In this document: positions 11,039-21,473 of the stretch, one piece after another
Layout of the letters: every line of letters begins with the position of its first letter
Position numbering within the stretch: position 1 is the stretch's first letter
Assembly: GCA_039189765.1 (NCBI GenBank)
Contig: JBCCYL010000002.1
Coordinates: 117,768-181,767 of the forward strand
Source of the DNA: Cyanobacteria bacterium P01_F01_bin.150
GTDB lineage: Bacteria; Cyanobacteriota; Cyanobacteriia; CAKZMO01
Direction of reading: 5' to 3'
Length of the DNA stretch: 64,000 nt
Program-made: the position numbers and the translations under genes
The notes under the pieces: model-generated
Databases searched by the model: none
Told to the model about the DNA's origin: nothing
Seen by the model: the letters and a program-made list of their open reading frames with translations, nothing else

Positions 11039-11099
11039 TGTTCTCTCTTGTCAAACCCGACTAATTTACCCCGCTTTACACTCACCTATACCTAGAAAT

Positions 11100-11180
11100 G
11101 GCTTAAAACTTAAGCCGGAAAGGATTTAACTGGAAACTGGAGCGCTTCCGCGCCTCCGTTTCCAGCCTTAAAATACAGGT
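11100..11180. repeat. 81-bp structured dispersed repeat, copy B
   Basis: GGCTTAAAACTTAAGCCGGAAAGGATTTAAC...CCTTAAAATACAGG. Confidence 0.85.
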
Positions 11181-11346
11181 CCCTATAGATGAGTCTATGC
11201 ACTCTATAATTATGCACAGTTTCCAGCGTTGCGTCAGCCCTATTCCTTGGAGAGATTGCGTCTCAAAGCAAAGCATAAAGAGGCTTGGTCTTTGTTCCGA
11301 CAGGCAATTTCCGTTGGAAATTGCCCGTCATCTAGTAAAACTAGCC

Positions 11347-12426
11347 TTAGACGGCAACAGTCTGCGTGAATGTAGCCGTTAATTCACCAGCCGCATACTT
11401 AGCCGCATACACGTCTAAGGATTGCTGCTTGATGCGAGTACCATAACCCGCTGCTCCAAACGCATCATAACGGGCAGCACAAACCTGTTTCATATACTTG
11501 ATAGAGGGCTTCAGAAAATGACGGGGGTCGAAGTTAGATGGATCTTTGATCGCTGCTTCACGAATAGCCGCAGTAATGGCCAAACGATTATCAGTATCGA
11601 TATTCACCTTACGAACACCGCTTTTGATCCCCTTCTGAATTTCTTCCACAGGCACACCGTAGGTTTCGGGAATCTCACCTCCAAATTCATTGATCATCGC
11701 TAACCACTCTTGGGGCACGGAAGACGACCCGTGCATGACCAAATGGGTGTTTGGAAGACGCTGGTGAATCTCTTCAATGCGGCTAATTGCTAAGATTTCA
11801 CCAGTGGGCTTACGAGTGAACTTATAAGCTCCGTGGCTAGTGCCAATGGCAACAGCCAGCGCATCCACTTGAGTTGCTTCTACAAACTGAACGGCTTCAT
11901 CGGGATCGGTCAATAGCTGATCCTTCTCTAACGTTCCTTCAAAGCCATGGCCATCCTCTGCTTCCCCTTGGCCTGTTTCCAAAGAACCCAGACAGCCTAA
12001 TTCTCCCTCTACACTAGCTCCAACAGCATGGGCCACTTTAACCACTTCAGCGGTTACGGCAACGTTGTACTCAAAACTAGCGGGGGTCTTAGCGTCCGCT
12101 TCCAGAGATCCATCCATCATCACGCTAGTAAAGCCGTTACGAATTGCTGAGTAGCATGTTGCAGGGCTATTACCGTGATCTTGGTGCATGGCAATAGGAA
12201 TATGGGGATAAGACTCAACCGCAGCTTGGACTAAATGACGCAGGAAGTTTTCTCCAGCGTATTTACGCGCACCACGGGACGCCTGTAGGATGACAGGGCT
12301 GTTGGTTTCATCTGCCGCCTGCATAATGGAGATAATCTGCTCCATATTGTTCACGTTGTAGGCAGGAATTCCATAACCATTTTCAGCTGCATGGTCAAGC
12401 AGTAGCCGCATCGGTACGAGCGCCAT
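11347..12426 (-). CDS. fbaA: Class II fructose-bisphosphate aldolase
   Basis: [34 protein letters not shown] and KVNIDTD motifs. Confidence 0.98.
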   Translation of the reverse strand: MALVPMRLLLDHAAENGYGIPAYNVNNMEQIISIMQAADETNSPVILQASRGARKYAGENFLRHLVQAAVESYPHIPIAMHQDHGNSPATCYSAIRNGFTSVMMDGSLEADAKTPASFEYNVAVTAEVVKVAHAVGASVEGELGCLGSLETGQGEAEDGHGFEGTLEKDQLLTDPDEAVQFVEATQVDALAVAIGTSHGAYKFTRKPTGEILAISRIEEIHQRLPNTHLVMHGSSSVPQEWLAMINEFGGEIPETYGVPVEEIQKGIKSGVRKVNIDTDNRLAITAAIREAAIKDPSNFDPRHFLKPSIKYMKQVCAARYDAFGAAGYGTRIKQQSLDVYAAKYAAGELTATFTQTVAV

Positions 12427-12615
12427 AACTATTCTCCTAAATTGCGTTCAATCCTAAATAATGCTTTTTGATGCAGGTCAGTCTAGATAGACGTTATGCA
12501 TCCTAATAATCCTAGGATAATTCCTGTACGTAGGGAAATATTCCGGTGAAATTCGATAGTGGAATGCTCAAAATTAGTTCATTTTCACTAATTTTGAGCC
12601 AGTGCCAACCGTGAT

Positions 12616-13452
12616 GTGAATGCTGACTGTAGTGCAGATGCTGACTATTATTATATTGAGGTTCGAAGATTGAGCTTAAGCAACTACTCTATGAATTTTG
12701 TCTATTTAAAGGGATGGACATTTGGTACATTAATAGCGATCGCGCCCAGTTGGTTAACCCCCAGCCACTTTATTATGGCTGCACTGTTGTTGGGGTTTGC
12801 CATTGCCCACAGTGGACTAGCCGCATTACGCATGAGAGCAGAGAAAATCGTTGGAGCACGGATTTACCGAATATTCTTCGCTCTGGTCAGCATTCCCTTC
12901 GCCACGATTCTGATTACCTACTTTTTTAATCACCGCTATGACGGTATCCAGTTTTGGAGTGTGCAGGGCATTCCCGGTATGGTGCCTTTCATCTGGATAC
13001 TATCGGCAATCTCTTTTATTTTTCTCTATCCGGCGACCTTTAACCTTCTAGAAATTGCCGCCGTTCAAAAGCCTCAAGTCCATCTGTATGAAACCGGGAT
13101 CATTCGCATTACCCGTCACCCCCAAATGGTGGGTCAAGTCATCTGGTGTATTGCCCATACCCTCTGGTTAGGGACCAGTTTCACCATCGTGACCTCCTTG
13201 GGATTGATTCTGCACCATCTATTTGCCGTGTGGCATGGCGATCGCCGTCTCTCGATTCGATATGGAGATGCTTTTGCTGCGGCAAAAGTCCGCACATCCA
13301 TCATTCCTTTTCTAGCTGTTATAGATGGAAGGCAATCTCTCAAGCTAGAGGAGTTCCTACGGCCTGCCTATGTGGGAATTGCCGTTTTTGTTGGGTTGTT
13401 CTGGTGGCTTCACCCCAGCCTAATTCGCTGGACAAGCATGGCAAGATTTTAG
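12616..13452 (+). CDS. NnrU family protein / 15-cis-zeta-carotene isomerase (Z-ISO)-like
   Basis: HSGLAALR, YPATFNLLEIAA, GIIRITRHPQM and HGDRRL motifs. The real start is probably at or after 12691. Confidence 0.9.
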   Translation: MNADCSADADYYYIEVRRLSLSNYSMNFVYLKGWTFGTLIAIAPSWLTPSHFIMAALLLGFAIAHSGLAALRMRAEKIVGARIYRIFFALVSIPFATILITYFFNHRYDGIQFWSVQGIPGMVPFIWILSAISFIFLYPATFNLLEIAAVQKPQVHLYETGIIRITRHPQMVGQVIWCIAHTLWLGTSFTIVTSLGLILHHLFAVWHGDRRLSIRYGDAFAAAKVRTSIIPFLAVIDGRQSLKLEEFLRPAYVGIAVFVGLFWWLHPSLIRWTSMARF

Positions 13453-13620
13453 AATCGCTGAGCTTATGGGATCAGCATTGGACAATCATTGAACGCCCAC
13501 CGTGGTGACTTTGGAGATACATTGACACCAAGTCCATATGCCCTAGTGACGAAGTCCAGACATAAGCACTATCTAATGTGATATTTGTACTTCTACTTGG
13601 TTCCTTGATCCCTTAAGATA

Positions 13621-14007
13621 ATGCAAAAGGCTAATTATTTAAAAAATCTTGTTATGACAATCGTTGTTAGCGATAAAACATTTACAAATGAAGTTTTAGG
13701 CTGCTCTGGCCCCGTAGTGGTACATTTCTGGGCACCCTGGTGTGGTCTGTGTCGTATGATCGATCCCCTTATTTCTCGGCTACGACCCCAAATAAAAGGT
13801 CAGGTTAAATTTGTCCGCGTGAATGCGGATGAAAGTCTCAAGTTAGCCAATACATATAGATTGAAAGCATTGCCCACTATTCTTGTGTTCTACCACGGCA
13901 ATGTGCTGCATCGCTTTGATCAATTTAATACAGGGGATGACTTACGGAGAGTATTTGGTGATCTAAAGATCGCCCTAGAGCAACATATGTTGAGCTTCTC
14001 CGCTTGA
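13621..14007 (+). CDS. trxC: Atypical cyanobacterial thioredoxin (WCGLC, TrxC type)
   Basis: FWAPWCGLCRM active site. Confidence 0.8.
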   Translation: MQKANYLKNLVMTIVVSDKTFTNEVLGCSGPVVVHFWAPWCGLCRMIDPLISRLRPQIKGQVKFVRVNADESLKLANTYRLKALPTILVFYHGNVLHRFDQFNTGDDLRRVFGDLKIALEQHMLSFSA

Positions 14008-14061
14008 CGCTTGCTCCTCTGAACTGCACCTGTACTGAATCATATTCTGTTTGAACTTGCC

Positions 14062-15585
14062 ATGACCATCGAACCACTCTCTGGGCCATCTGCGAAAGGC
14101 CAATCTTCGTCGGATGATGTTAATGCTGAGTCTACTTTTAATCCGTCTGATGATAGTGGACCCTTGAGTGCCACCCTTCCCACCATTTCTCTATTTACCA
14201 TGTTTCGGCTGGGGCTATTCCAGATGGGCTTGGGCATAATGTCCGTTCTTACCCTGGGGATCCTTAATCGTATCTTGATTGATGAGTTGAAAGTTCCGGC
14301 TTTACTGGCTGCGGGGGCGATCGCCATGCATCAATTTGTGGCTCCTGCCCGTCTCTGGTTTGGTCAACTCTCCGATGCTAAACCTATTTTTGGTATGCAC
14401 CGTACGGGATATGTCTGGATTGGCAGTATTTTATTTACTGCGACCGCTTTTTTTGCCGTTCAAGTCGTGTGGCGTCTTAACGCTAGTATGCAGGACGTTG
14501 GATGGTCCTCTGCCAGCTACATTTGGATTGGAATACTCGGTCTTGTTTTTGCATTTTATGGTTTGGCTTTGAGTGCTAGCTCTACCCCGTTTGCCGCTAT
14601 GTTGGTGGATATTACCGAGGAAGACATGCGCTCTAAGTTAGTGAGCACGGTGTGGTCCATGTTGATGGTGGGCATCGTAATTGGGGCTATTTCTGGCAGC
14701 ATTTTGCTGAAGCCCCTTGATCTAGATGCTCCCATCGATCAGGTCCAAGCTGCGGTTAATCGATTATTTTTATTTGTTCCCGCAGTGGTTGTTGGCATGA
14801 CGTTTCTTGGGACGGTTGGCGTCGAGCGCAAGTATTCTCGCTACGGGGCACGAACAGTGACAACTGAGCGTGAAGATCAGATCACTCTGCGTCGAGCTGT
14901 TCGAGTTTTGACCGCCAGTCGTCAAACCGGGATTTTCTTTACCTTCCTGATTGTGATGACCATCAGTCTCTTTATGCAGGAGGCGGTGTTGGAACCCTAT
15001 GGGGGTCAGGTCTTTGGCATGCAGATTTCAGATACCACCAAGCTCAACTCATATTGGGGTATTGGGACCTTAATCGGGATTGCTTCCACCGGATTCTTAA
15101 TCGTTCCCCGGATTGGAAAAAAACGGACGGCTCGGTTGGGATGTCTGCTGGTTGCTGGCTGCTTCGTACTGGTTATTGGCTCTGGCTTTACCCAGAACCC
15201 CAAGTTTCTCCAATTTGCCATTTTCCTCTTTGGCGTTGGAGCAGGGGTCACCACCAATGGGGCCATTAGCCTGATGCTGGATCTGACTGCTGCGGAAACC
15301 GCAGGTACATTTATTGGTGCATGGGGACTGGCCCAGGCGATCGCCCGTGCCTTGGCAACGGTTTCTGGAGGATTAATCCTAGACATTGGTCGGGGCATCC
15401 TTGAGGCGTTCAAAGGGGGTCCCGTTGTGGATGCTGAGCTGTTTCCTGCCTATGCGTTGGTGTTTGCAGCCCAGGCGATTGGCATGATTATTGCGGTGGG
15501 TTTACTAAGCCGAGTCAATGTTAAGGAGTTTCAGGTCAATTCCAAACAGGCGATCGCTGCTGTCCTAGCCAATGATCTGGATTAG
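14062..15585 (+). CDS. BCD/PucC family MFS transporter
   Basis: RLGLFQMGLG, LNRILIDEL, GMHRTGY, LEPYGG and GAWGLAQA motifs. Confidence 0.9.
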   Translation: MTIEPLSGPSAKGQSSSDDVNAESTFNPSDDSGPLSATLPTISLFTMFRLGLFQMGLGIMSVLTLGILNRILIDELKVPALLAAGAIAMHQFVAPARLWFGQLSDAKPIFGMHRTGYVWIGSILFTATAFFAVQVVWRLNASMQDVGWSSASYIWIGILGLVFAFYGLALSASSTPFAAMLVDITEEDMRSKLVSTVWSMLMVGIVIGAISGSILLKPLDLDAPIDQVQAAVNRLFLFVPAVVVGMTFLGTVGVERKYSRYGARTVTTEREDQITLRRAVRVLTASRQTGIFFTFLIVMTISLFMQEAVLEPYGGQVFGMQISDTTKLNSYWGIGTLIGIASTGFLIVPRIGKKRTARLGCLLVAGCFVLVIGSGFTQNPKFLQFAIFLFGVGAGVTTNGAISLMLDLTAAETAGTFIGAWGLAQAIARALATVSGGLILDIGRGILEAFKGGPVVDAELFPAYALVFAAQAIGMIIAVGLLSRVNVKEFQVNSKQAIAAVLANDLD

Positions 15586-15630
15586 TGCTAGGCTCATACA
15601 TATGAACTAAATTTCCTGTTTTTCTCATAT

Positions 15631-16527
15631 GTGTTTTGGGTAGGTAAAACTATGGTAACCGTCCCCCTTCAGCAATCTTCAGCGGCATCTCCCGATCTTT
15701 CACAGGCGGATCTTTCACAGGCGGATCTTTCCGAGGCGGATCGCTCACAGATAGATTCGTCTGTCGCCAATGAAACCATATCTCAGCATGTGTCTTGGCC
15801 AATGAGGAATACGGATGGCGTCAGGATTGAATGGAAGAAGCTGCCCGCCGACTTTGAATTACCGGATGATCCTGTGGACAATCTTGCTCAGCCTGCTCTG
15901 GCTGCGGCCCTAACTGATAGCCTAAATCAGGCGGGGCTAGTATCTGATACTGGTTTTACGATGACTAACTATGGGCTGTGTGCCGATCTGAACGGCCATA
16001 CTGTGGTTAAGGCTCCTGATTGGGCCTATGTGGATCGGATTACTGTCCCCCGTGAAGATATTGTGCGAAGCTATACCCCTTACCTGGAGGGGGACACTCC
16101 ATGCATCGTTATTGAGTTTCTATCCGAAACTCCAGGAGGAGAATATTCCGTTAAGCCGACCCATCCCCCTGGAAAATGGTATTTCTATGAAGCGGTTCTG
16201 AAGGTGCCCTATTATGTTCTTTTTGAGCCGACCTCTGGAGATTTAGAGGTTTATAGTTTTCAGGAAGGGATCGTCCATAAAAATGTGATCATGGAAAATA
16301 ACGGTCGCTACTGGATTGAATCCATGCAGCTTTTTTTAGGGGTATGGCAGGGCGATCGCCAAGATCGTAGCGGATATTGGCTGCGCTGGTGGGATAAGGA
16401 TGATAATCTCTTGCTCTGGGGGTTTGAAAAAGCCGAACAGGAAGCCCAACGAGCCGAACAGGCAGAAAATGATGTTGAGAAGCTGCGAGAACAATTACGA
16501 GCGGCTGGCATTGAACCTGATGTTTAA
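15631..16527 (+). CDS. Uma2 family (PD-(D/E)xK) endonuclease-like protein
   Basis: VKAPDW.YV, IVIEFLS, KW.FYE.VL.VPYY and coiled-coil tail AEQEAQRAE. Confidence 0.9.
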   Translation: MFWVGKTMVTVPLQQSSAASPDLSQADLSQADLSEADRSQIDSSVANETISQHVSWPMRNTDGVRIEWKKLPADFELPDDPVDNLAQPALAAALTDSLNQAGLVSDTGFTMTNYGLCADLNGHTVVKAPDWAYVDRITVPREDIVRSYTPYLEGDTPCIVIEFLSETPGGEYSVKPTHPPGKWYFYEAVLKVPYYVLFEPTSGDLEVYSFQEGIVHKNVIMENNGRYWIESMQLFLGVWQGDRQDRSGYWLRWWDKDDNLLLWGFEKAEQEAQRAEQAENDVEKLREQLRAAGIEPDV

Positions 16528-16529
16528 AG

Positions 16530-17345
16530 TCAGAGACGACGGTAAACGGTATAGGCGATCGCAATCAAACTAAATGAAAACAGCGTCGTTAATGTCCCAA
16601 CGGCATACAACGCAGGCGACGTCACGTTCGTTGTCATGCCAAAAATTTCCAGCGGTAGGGTGTTGTATTGACCAGAAACTAGAGATGTACGGGTGAATTC
16701 ATCGTAGGATAGGGTAAAAGTAAGCAGCCCCACTCCCACCAGACTCGGTGCAATTAGCGGTAATACAATTTCGCTAAAGGTTCTCGTGTCTCCCGCCCCT
16801 AAATCATTAGCCGCTTCTTCATAGGTGGGATTAAAGCGATTAAAAATTCCTAACATAATTAAAAAGGCAATGGGCAGGGTCCAGGTCAGGTGAGCACCCA
16901 AACCGGAGGTTAGCCAATTGGTGGACCAGCCCATGACTTGAAACATAACGCCTAATCCTAGGGAAATCAGAATACTGGGCACGATTAAACTGGCAATGGT
17001 GAGATAAAACAAAACGGTGGACCCTCGAAATTTAGCTCGAAAGGCCATTGCTGATAGGACTGCCATCGTCGCCGTTAGAACCGTAACGATGCCGCCGAGG
17101 ATCAGCGATCGCTGAAATGGTTCGACAAAATTCCCCACTCGCTGCTCCTGAAACACTTGACCCAACCAGTAAAATCCAAAGCTACGCACTGGAAACGTCA
17201 GCGTACCGTCTGGTCCCTGAAGCGACAGGATAAAGATGGTAATCATGGGTCCGTAGAGAAATAAAACAAACAGACCAAAAAAAACAGCGAGGATATAGAA
17301 GGAGGGCGATCGCCGAAGGAATGGCAAGACTAAACGCTTTTTCAT
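16530..17345 (-). CDS. ABC transporter permease (PotC-like)
   Basis: EEAANDLGA EAA loop and FTLSYDEF. Confidence 0.9.
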   Translation of the reverse strand: MKKRLVLPFLRRSPSFYILAVFFGLFVLFLYGPMITIFILSLQGPDGTLTFPVRSFGFYWLGQVFQEQRVGNFVEPFQRSLILGGIVTVLTATMAVLSAMAFRAKFRGSTVLFYLTIASLIVPSILISLGLGVMFQVMGWSTNWLTSGLGAHLTWTLPIAFLIMLGIFNRFNPTYEEAANDLGAGDTRTFSEIVLPLIAPSLVGVGLLTFTLSYDEFTRTSLVSGQYNTLPLEIFGMTTNVTSPALYAVGTLTTLFSFSLIAIAYTVYRRL

Positions 17346-17355
17346 TGAATTTAAC

Positions 17356-18327
17356 CTACAGCTCTTTACGAATATTGACGACCCGAAGGATAGAGAAAAC
17401 AACGGTCAGGGTAACCATCAACAGCACAATGGCATTCGCAGCGGCAAGGGGATACTGTAGGCTACCAATTTGGGTTTGAATCAGCTTGCCGACGGACGCT
17501 ACCTGACCGCCTCCCATTAAGCGCACTGTAATAAATTCCCCCATTACCAGGGTGACAATAAAGATAGAGCCAATGGCAATGCCCGGAGCCGACAGGGGCA
17601 AAATCACCTCTCTAAATACGCCAAAGCCCGACGCTCCCATATCCTCTGCGGCAGTAATAAGAGTGCGATCGATCCGCATTAGACTATTAAAGATAGGCGC
17701 AATCATAAAAATCACATAGAGATGGACCATGCCCAGCACCACCGCAAAGTCTGAATAGAGCAAGAATTCTAGAGGCTGGTCAATAATGCCACTGCCTAGA
17801 AGAATCTGATTGACCAGTCCTTGCTTGCCCAGCAGCGGCAACCAAGAAATCATCCGAATAATATTGGAGGTCCAAAATGGGATGGTGCAGACTAAAAACA
17901 GCAACACCTGCCACCGCAGTTTAGGTACGTGAAACGATAGAAAATAGGCCACTGGATAGCCAATCAGCAGCGTGAACGTCCACACCAGCCCTACAAACTT
18001 GAATGTGTTTAAATACGTCTTAAGGGTGACATCAGAGGTAAAAACGCTAATGTAGTTATCTAACGTAAATGCTGGTGTCATGGTGTAGCCGTTAAATTCC
18101 CAAAAGCTCACCACCCCAATTAGAAGAATGGGAAAAATCAGGAACAGGGAAAGGGCGATCGCCTGAGGACTCGCCAGCACGTAAGGTTTTAGAAGATTCC
18201 AGGACTTGGCCACAACTAAATCATGAAATAGAAAGGACTTTTCTTGAGGTGCCCCTCTGCGTATGCGTTTAGCGTCATCTCGACAAACGCACTCCCTAAC
18301 CCTCTTGAGAGAGGGAGAATTGGACAT
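17356..18327 (-). CDS. ABC transporter permease (PotB-like)
   Basis: PFWTSNIIR and AAEDMGAS EAA loop. The real start is probably near 18213, since the ORF 5' end runs into a repeat. Confidence 0.9.
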   Translation of the reverse strand: MSNSPSLKRVRECVCRDDAKRIRRGAPQEKSFLFHDLVVAKSWNLLKPYVLASPQAIALSLFLIFPILLIGVVSFWEFNGYTMTPAFTLDNYISVFTSDVTLKTYLNTFKFVGLVWTFTLLIGYPVAYFLSFHVPKLRWQVLLFLVCTIPFWTSNIIRMISWLPLLGKQGLVNQILLGSGIIDQPLEFLLYSDFAVVLGMVHLYVIFMIAPIFNSLMRIDRTLITAAEDMGASGFGVFREVILPLSAPGIAIGSIFIVTLVMGEFITVRLMGGGQVASVGKLIQTQIGSLQYPLAAANAIVLLMVTLTVVFSILRVVNIRKEL

Positions 18328-18393
18328 CTGCGGGAAAGGACTGCCAAATATTCACAGCAAATAGCAATCAAATGTTCTCGCTAGTGACACGTT

Positions 18394-18420
18394 CCCCTCC
18401 TGGGAGGGGCTAGGGGTGGG
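18394..18420. repeat. Cyanobacterial short dispersed repeat (CCCCTCCTGGGAGGGGCTAGGGGTGGG type)
   Basis: Related copies at 42366-42392 (inverted) and 42428-42452. Confidence 0.6.
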
Positions 18421-18489
18421 CCTAGCCGACACGCTGCGCGGAGGGGGCACCTCATCCTAGCCGTTAGCAGTATGGGATGGCCTTATGGG

Positions 18490-19797
18490 CTATGACGCAA
18501 TAAATTCGTTCCACTTTTGAACTAGATATGTATTCTCTTCCATTGTGGAATTCCAGCAAACAATATTGCCAAAACGCTCCTTAAAAGATCCACCGTCGCG
18601 GACAGCACCAGCCTTGGCTAAGGTTTTCTCAAAGGGATCCACCATATCTTCAGATGCAGCCTTACCTTCGTACCAAAAATCCCACTCGGCATCGCTCATA
18701 TATTTCTTGGCCGTATCGGGAGCTGCGCTGTAGTAGCCCTGACGCCCGAGGAACGCACCAACCCAGCCTTCTAGCATCCAGTTGAGATACTCATAGGCCG
18801 CATCTAGCTCAATACCGCTCAGATTTTTAGAGAGACCGACACCACCGCCCCAGCCTCGGTAGCCTTCCTTCAGGGGGGCATAAATACAATCAATACCCTT
18901 TGACTGAACCGCCGTCACCGCAGGAGACCACATAGATTGCAGCACCACCTCGCCAGAGGACATCAGGTTTACCGACTCGTCAAACGTCTTCCAGAAGGCT
19001 CGAAACTGGCCTTTTGCCTTTTGTTCTTTCAAAATATCGGTAATTTGGTCAATCTCAGCACGGGTCATATTCCCCTTATCGCCAAAGGTCATTAGGCCCA
19101 GCGCCTCAGCTACCATTGCCGCATCCATAATGCCAATTTGGGGAATATCAAGGATGGACGTTTTGCCACTGAATTCTTCATTAAACAATTCACCCCAGCT
19201 TTCGATAGTGCGACCGACCAGGTCAGGACGGTAGCCCAAGGTATCGGCATTGTACTGGAACGGAATTAACGTGGCGTAATCGGTGGGGGTTGTGGAGAAC
19301 TCGGTGGAATCTGCCCCCTGCAAATACATCACCTTGTAGGGAGCCGTTCCCTGGGATTTTTCCACCGGCATTCCTTCAAACTTACCCGTGGTGAAAAAGG
19401 GCACAATCTTATCCCAAGCAGTAATCTTCGCAACTTCAATCGGCTGGAGATTTCCAGAGGGAATAACAAGGGGCAGACTAAAGTACTCACCATCAAAAAT
19501 GTCGTATTGGTCAGGCTGGGTGATGGCAATTTGATTATTTTCTTCCGTACTCAAAGCCCGCATTTCCAGCTTGAAACCTAAGTCTTCTTGGGCTTTATCG
19601 CGAATTTCGTTAATTTGAGAAACTCCAGTGCCAATTAGCCGCAGCGTCACGTCTTTAATTTGATTGGTATTGACCTGGGGACCGGGCGCAGGATTATTAG
19701 GGGTTCCACTGGGAGACGTAGTACAGCGAGCGGCAACCAAGCCAGCTCCAGCAGCTAAGCTCGTTTTTATGAGACGACGACGGGATAATCCAGCCAT
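18490..19797 (-). CDS. ABC substrate-binding protein (PotD/PotF family), Tat-exported lipoprotein
   Basis: SRRRLIK twin-Arg motif and AARC lipobox; GEVVLQSMWS and PLKEGYRGW motifs. Confidence 0.88.
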   Translation of the reverse strand: MAGLSRRRLIKTSLAAGAGLVAARCTTSPSGTPNNPAPGPQVNTNQIKDVTLRLIGTGVSQINEIRDKAQEDLGFKLEMRALSTEENNQIAITQPDQYDIFDGEYFSLPLVIPSGNLQPIEVAKITAWDKIVPFFTTGKFEGMPVEKSQGTAPYKVMYLQGADSTEFSTTPTDYATLIPFQYNADTLGYRPDLVGRTIESWGELFNEEFSGKTSILDIPQIGIMDAAMVAEALGLMTFGDKGNMTRAEIDQITDILKEQKAKGQFRAFWKTFDESVNLMSSGEVVLQSMWSPAVTAVQSKGIDCIYAPLKEGYRGWGGGVGLSKNLSGIELDAAYEYLNWMLEGWVGAFLGRQGYYSAAPDTAKKYMSDAEWDFWYEGKAASEDMVDPFEKTLAKAGAVRDGGSFKERFGNIVCWNSTMEENTYLVQKWNEFIAS

Positions 19798-19904
19798 AAT
19801 TTATACTCCTCATTTATTGATTCAGGGGCTTGAAACGTTAGTGATGGATGCGTTTGGCCAAGTACCTGTGGCTTAATAATCTATACGGATTAGTACCCTA
19901 TGGA

Positions 19905-21170
19905 CTAATAGGGCAAAAACACACAGTCACGGGCTAACCATTGCAGGATGACAGATTGGCCCTCCTGGACATTGGCAGCGAACCAGTCTTGGGTGCGAAC
20001 TTTGTAGAGTAGCTCCTGCCCATTAGCTTCGGACAAGAGGCTGACTCGGGTAACGTACCCGGTCAATTCCACGTCGACAATACGAGCGGAAAGCTGATTG
20101 AGATGATCGTTTGAAACGCTTGAAGAATTGCCAGGGGAACGATCTGCTGGCACAATCATCGTCAATAAATCGGGACGTACAGAACAAGCGGCCATAACTC
20201 CGGGCTGCATCCCATACCCCTGGCACAGGATTGGGCCAATCCCCTCAACCTCCAGCTCAATTAAATCTTTAGGTGGGGATGTGTAAGAACCAGAGTTGGC
20301 AGGCTCCGTTTTAATGTAGCCTTCTGTACAGCCAATAACCTTGCCTTTAAGAATATTATTTTCTCCCATAAACCCTGCGACAAACTGGGAGGCAGGAGTA
20401 CTAAACAGTTCTGCTGGACTGGCAACCTGTTCAATGTGGCCGTGGTTCATCACCACAATCTGATCGGATAGGGCAAAGGCTTCTTCTACATGGTGGGTGA
20501 CTTGGATAAAGGTAAGGCCAAACTGCTTTTGGATTTTGCGCAATTCCCCCCGCATGCGCACTCGTAAATTCTCATCCAGAGCACTAAGGGGTTCATCCAA
20601 CATTAGCACCTGGGGCCGGGTTACCAAGGCCCGTGCCAAAGCAATACGCTGCTGTTGTCCGCCACTAAGCATGTGAGGCTTACGGTCGGCGGTATGGCTT
20701 AATCCCACTAGGTCTAGAATATCGCCCACCCGCTGGTGTCGCTCAGCCTTGGATACTCGCTGCATCTTGAGTCCAAAGTCCACATTTTGCCAGATCGTTT
20801 TGTGGGGAAATAGGGCATAGTTTTGAAACATCATGGCGGTGTTGCGTTTAGCTGGAGGGAGGTCGTTAACGGGGCGATCGCCAATCAAAACGTCTCCTTC
20901 TGTCACCGACTCATGGCCAGAAATAATTCTTAAAGCCGTAGTTTTACCACACCCGCTAGGACCCAACAGACAGCAGTATTGTCCTGCTGGAATATCGAGG
21001 GTCATATTCTCCAAGGCAACGACAGAACCATAGTTTTTTGTGACAGAGCGCAGGGAGACTCCGGCTGCCACAGCAGATGATCGCTTACCCGTGACCATGT
21101 CATCAGGATGGCCCATAGAATCAAGCTGCGTAGACATTGATGATGAAGGCTGGTCTGTGCTAACCGCCAT
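19905..21170 (-). CDS. ABC transporter ATP-binding protein (PotA-like)
   Basis: GPSGCGKT, LSGGQQQR, LDEPLSALD and a C-terminal TOBE-like region. Confidence 0.93.
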   Translation of the reverse strand: MAVSTDQPSSSMSTQLDSMGHPDDMVTGKRSSAVAAGVSLRSVTKNYGSVVALENMTLDIPAGQYCCLLGPSGCGKTTALRIISGHESVTEGDVLIGDRPVNDLPPAKRNTAMMFQNYALFPHKTIWQNVDFGLKMQRVSKAERHQRVGDILDLVGLSHTADRKPHMLSGGQQQRIALARALVTRPQVLMLDEPLSALDENLRVRMRGELRKIQKQFGLTFIQVTHHVEEAFALSDQIVVMNHGHIEQVASPAELFSTPASQFVAGFMGENNILKGKVIGCTEGYIKTEPANSGSYTSPPKDLIELEVEGIGPILCQGYGMQPGVMAACSVRPDLLTMIVPADRSPGNSSSVSNDHLNQLSARIVDVELTGYVTRVSLLSEANGQELLYKVRTQDWFAANVQEGQSVILQWLARDCVFLPY

Positions 21171-21473
21171 AATTTCCTACCATGACAACCACGACACCGA
21201 AACTAAATTGATTTCCTTATCTCTGGACTGCCTTTTTTGCCCAATTTAATTCACAGCAAATATAACCTAGAATGTCGCCTAGATAACAGATGGACACTAC
21301 CAGGCTTTGAGAATTTTGTTGGGAAAGATCAGTAAAACTTTAGATCTCCTTAACAAGCTGCTCTTGACCCATTTCATCCACAAAGTTGAGAAACCAATTG
21401 GCTTTCTGAGATATAGATTAACCATAGTGTCGAAAGAGGCATGGAAGAGTACGATCCGATACATTTTTGAGAT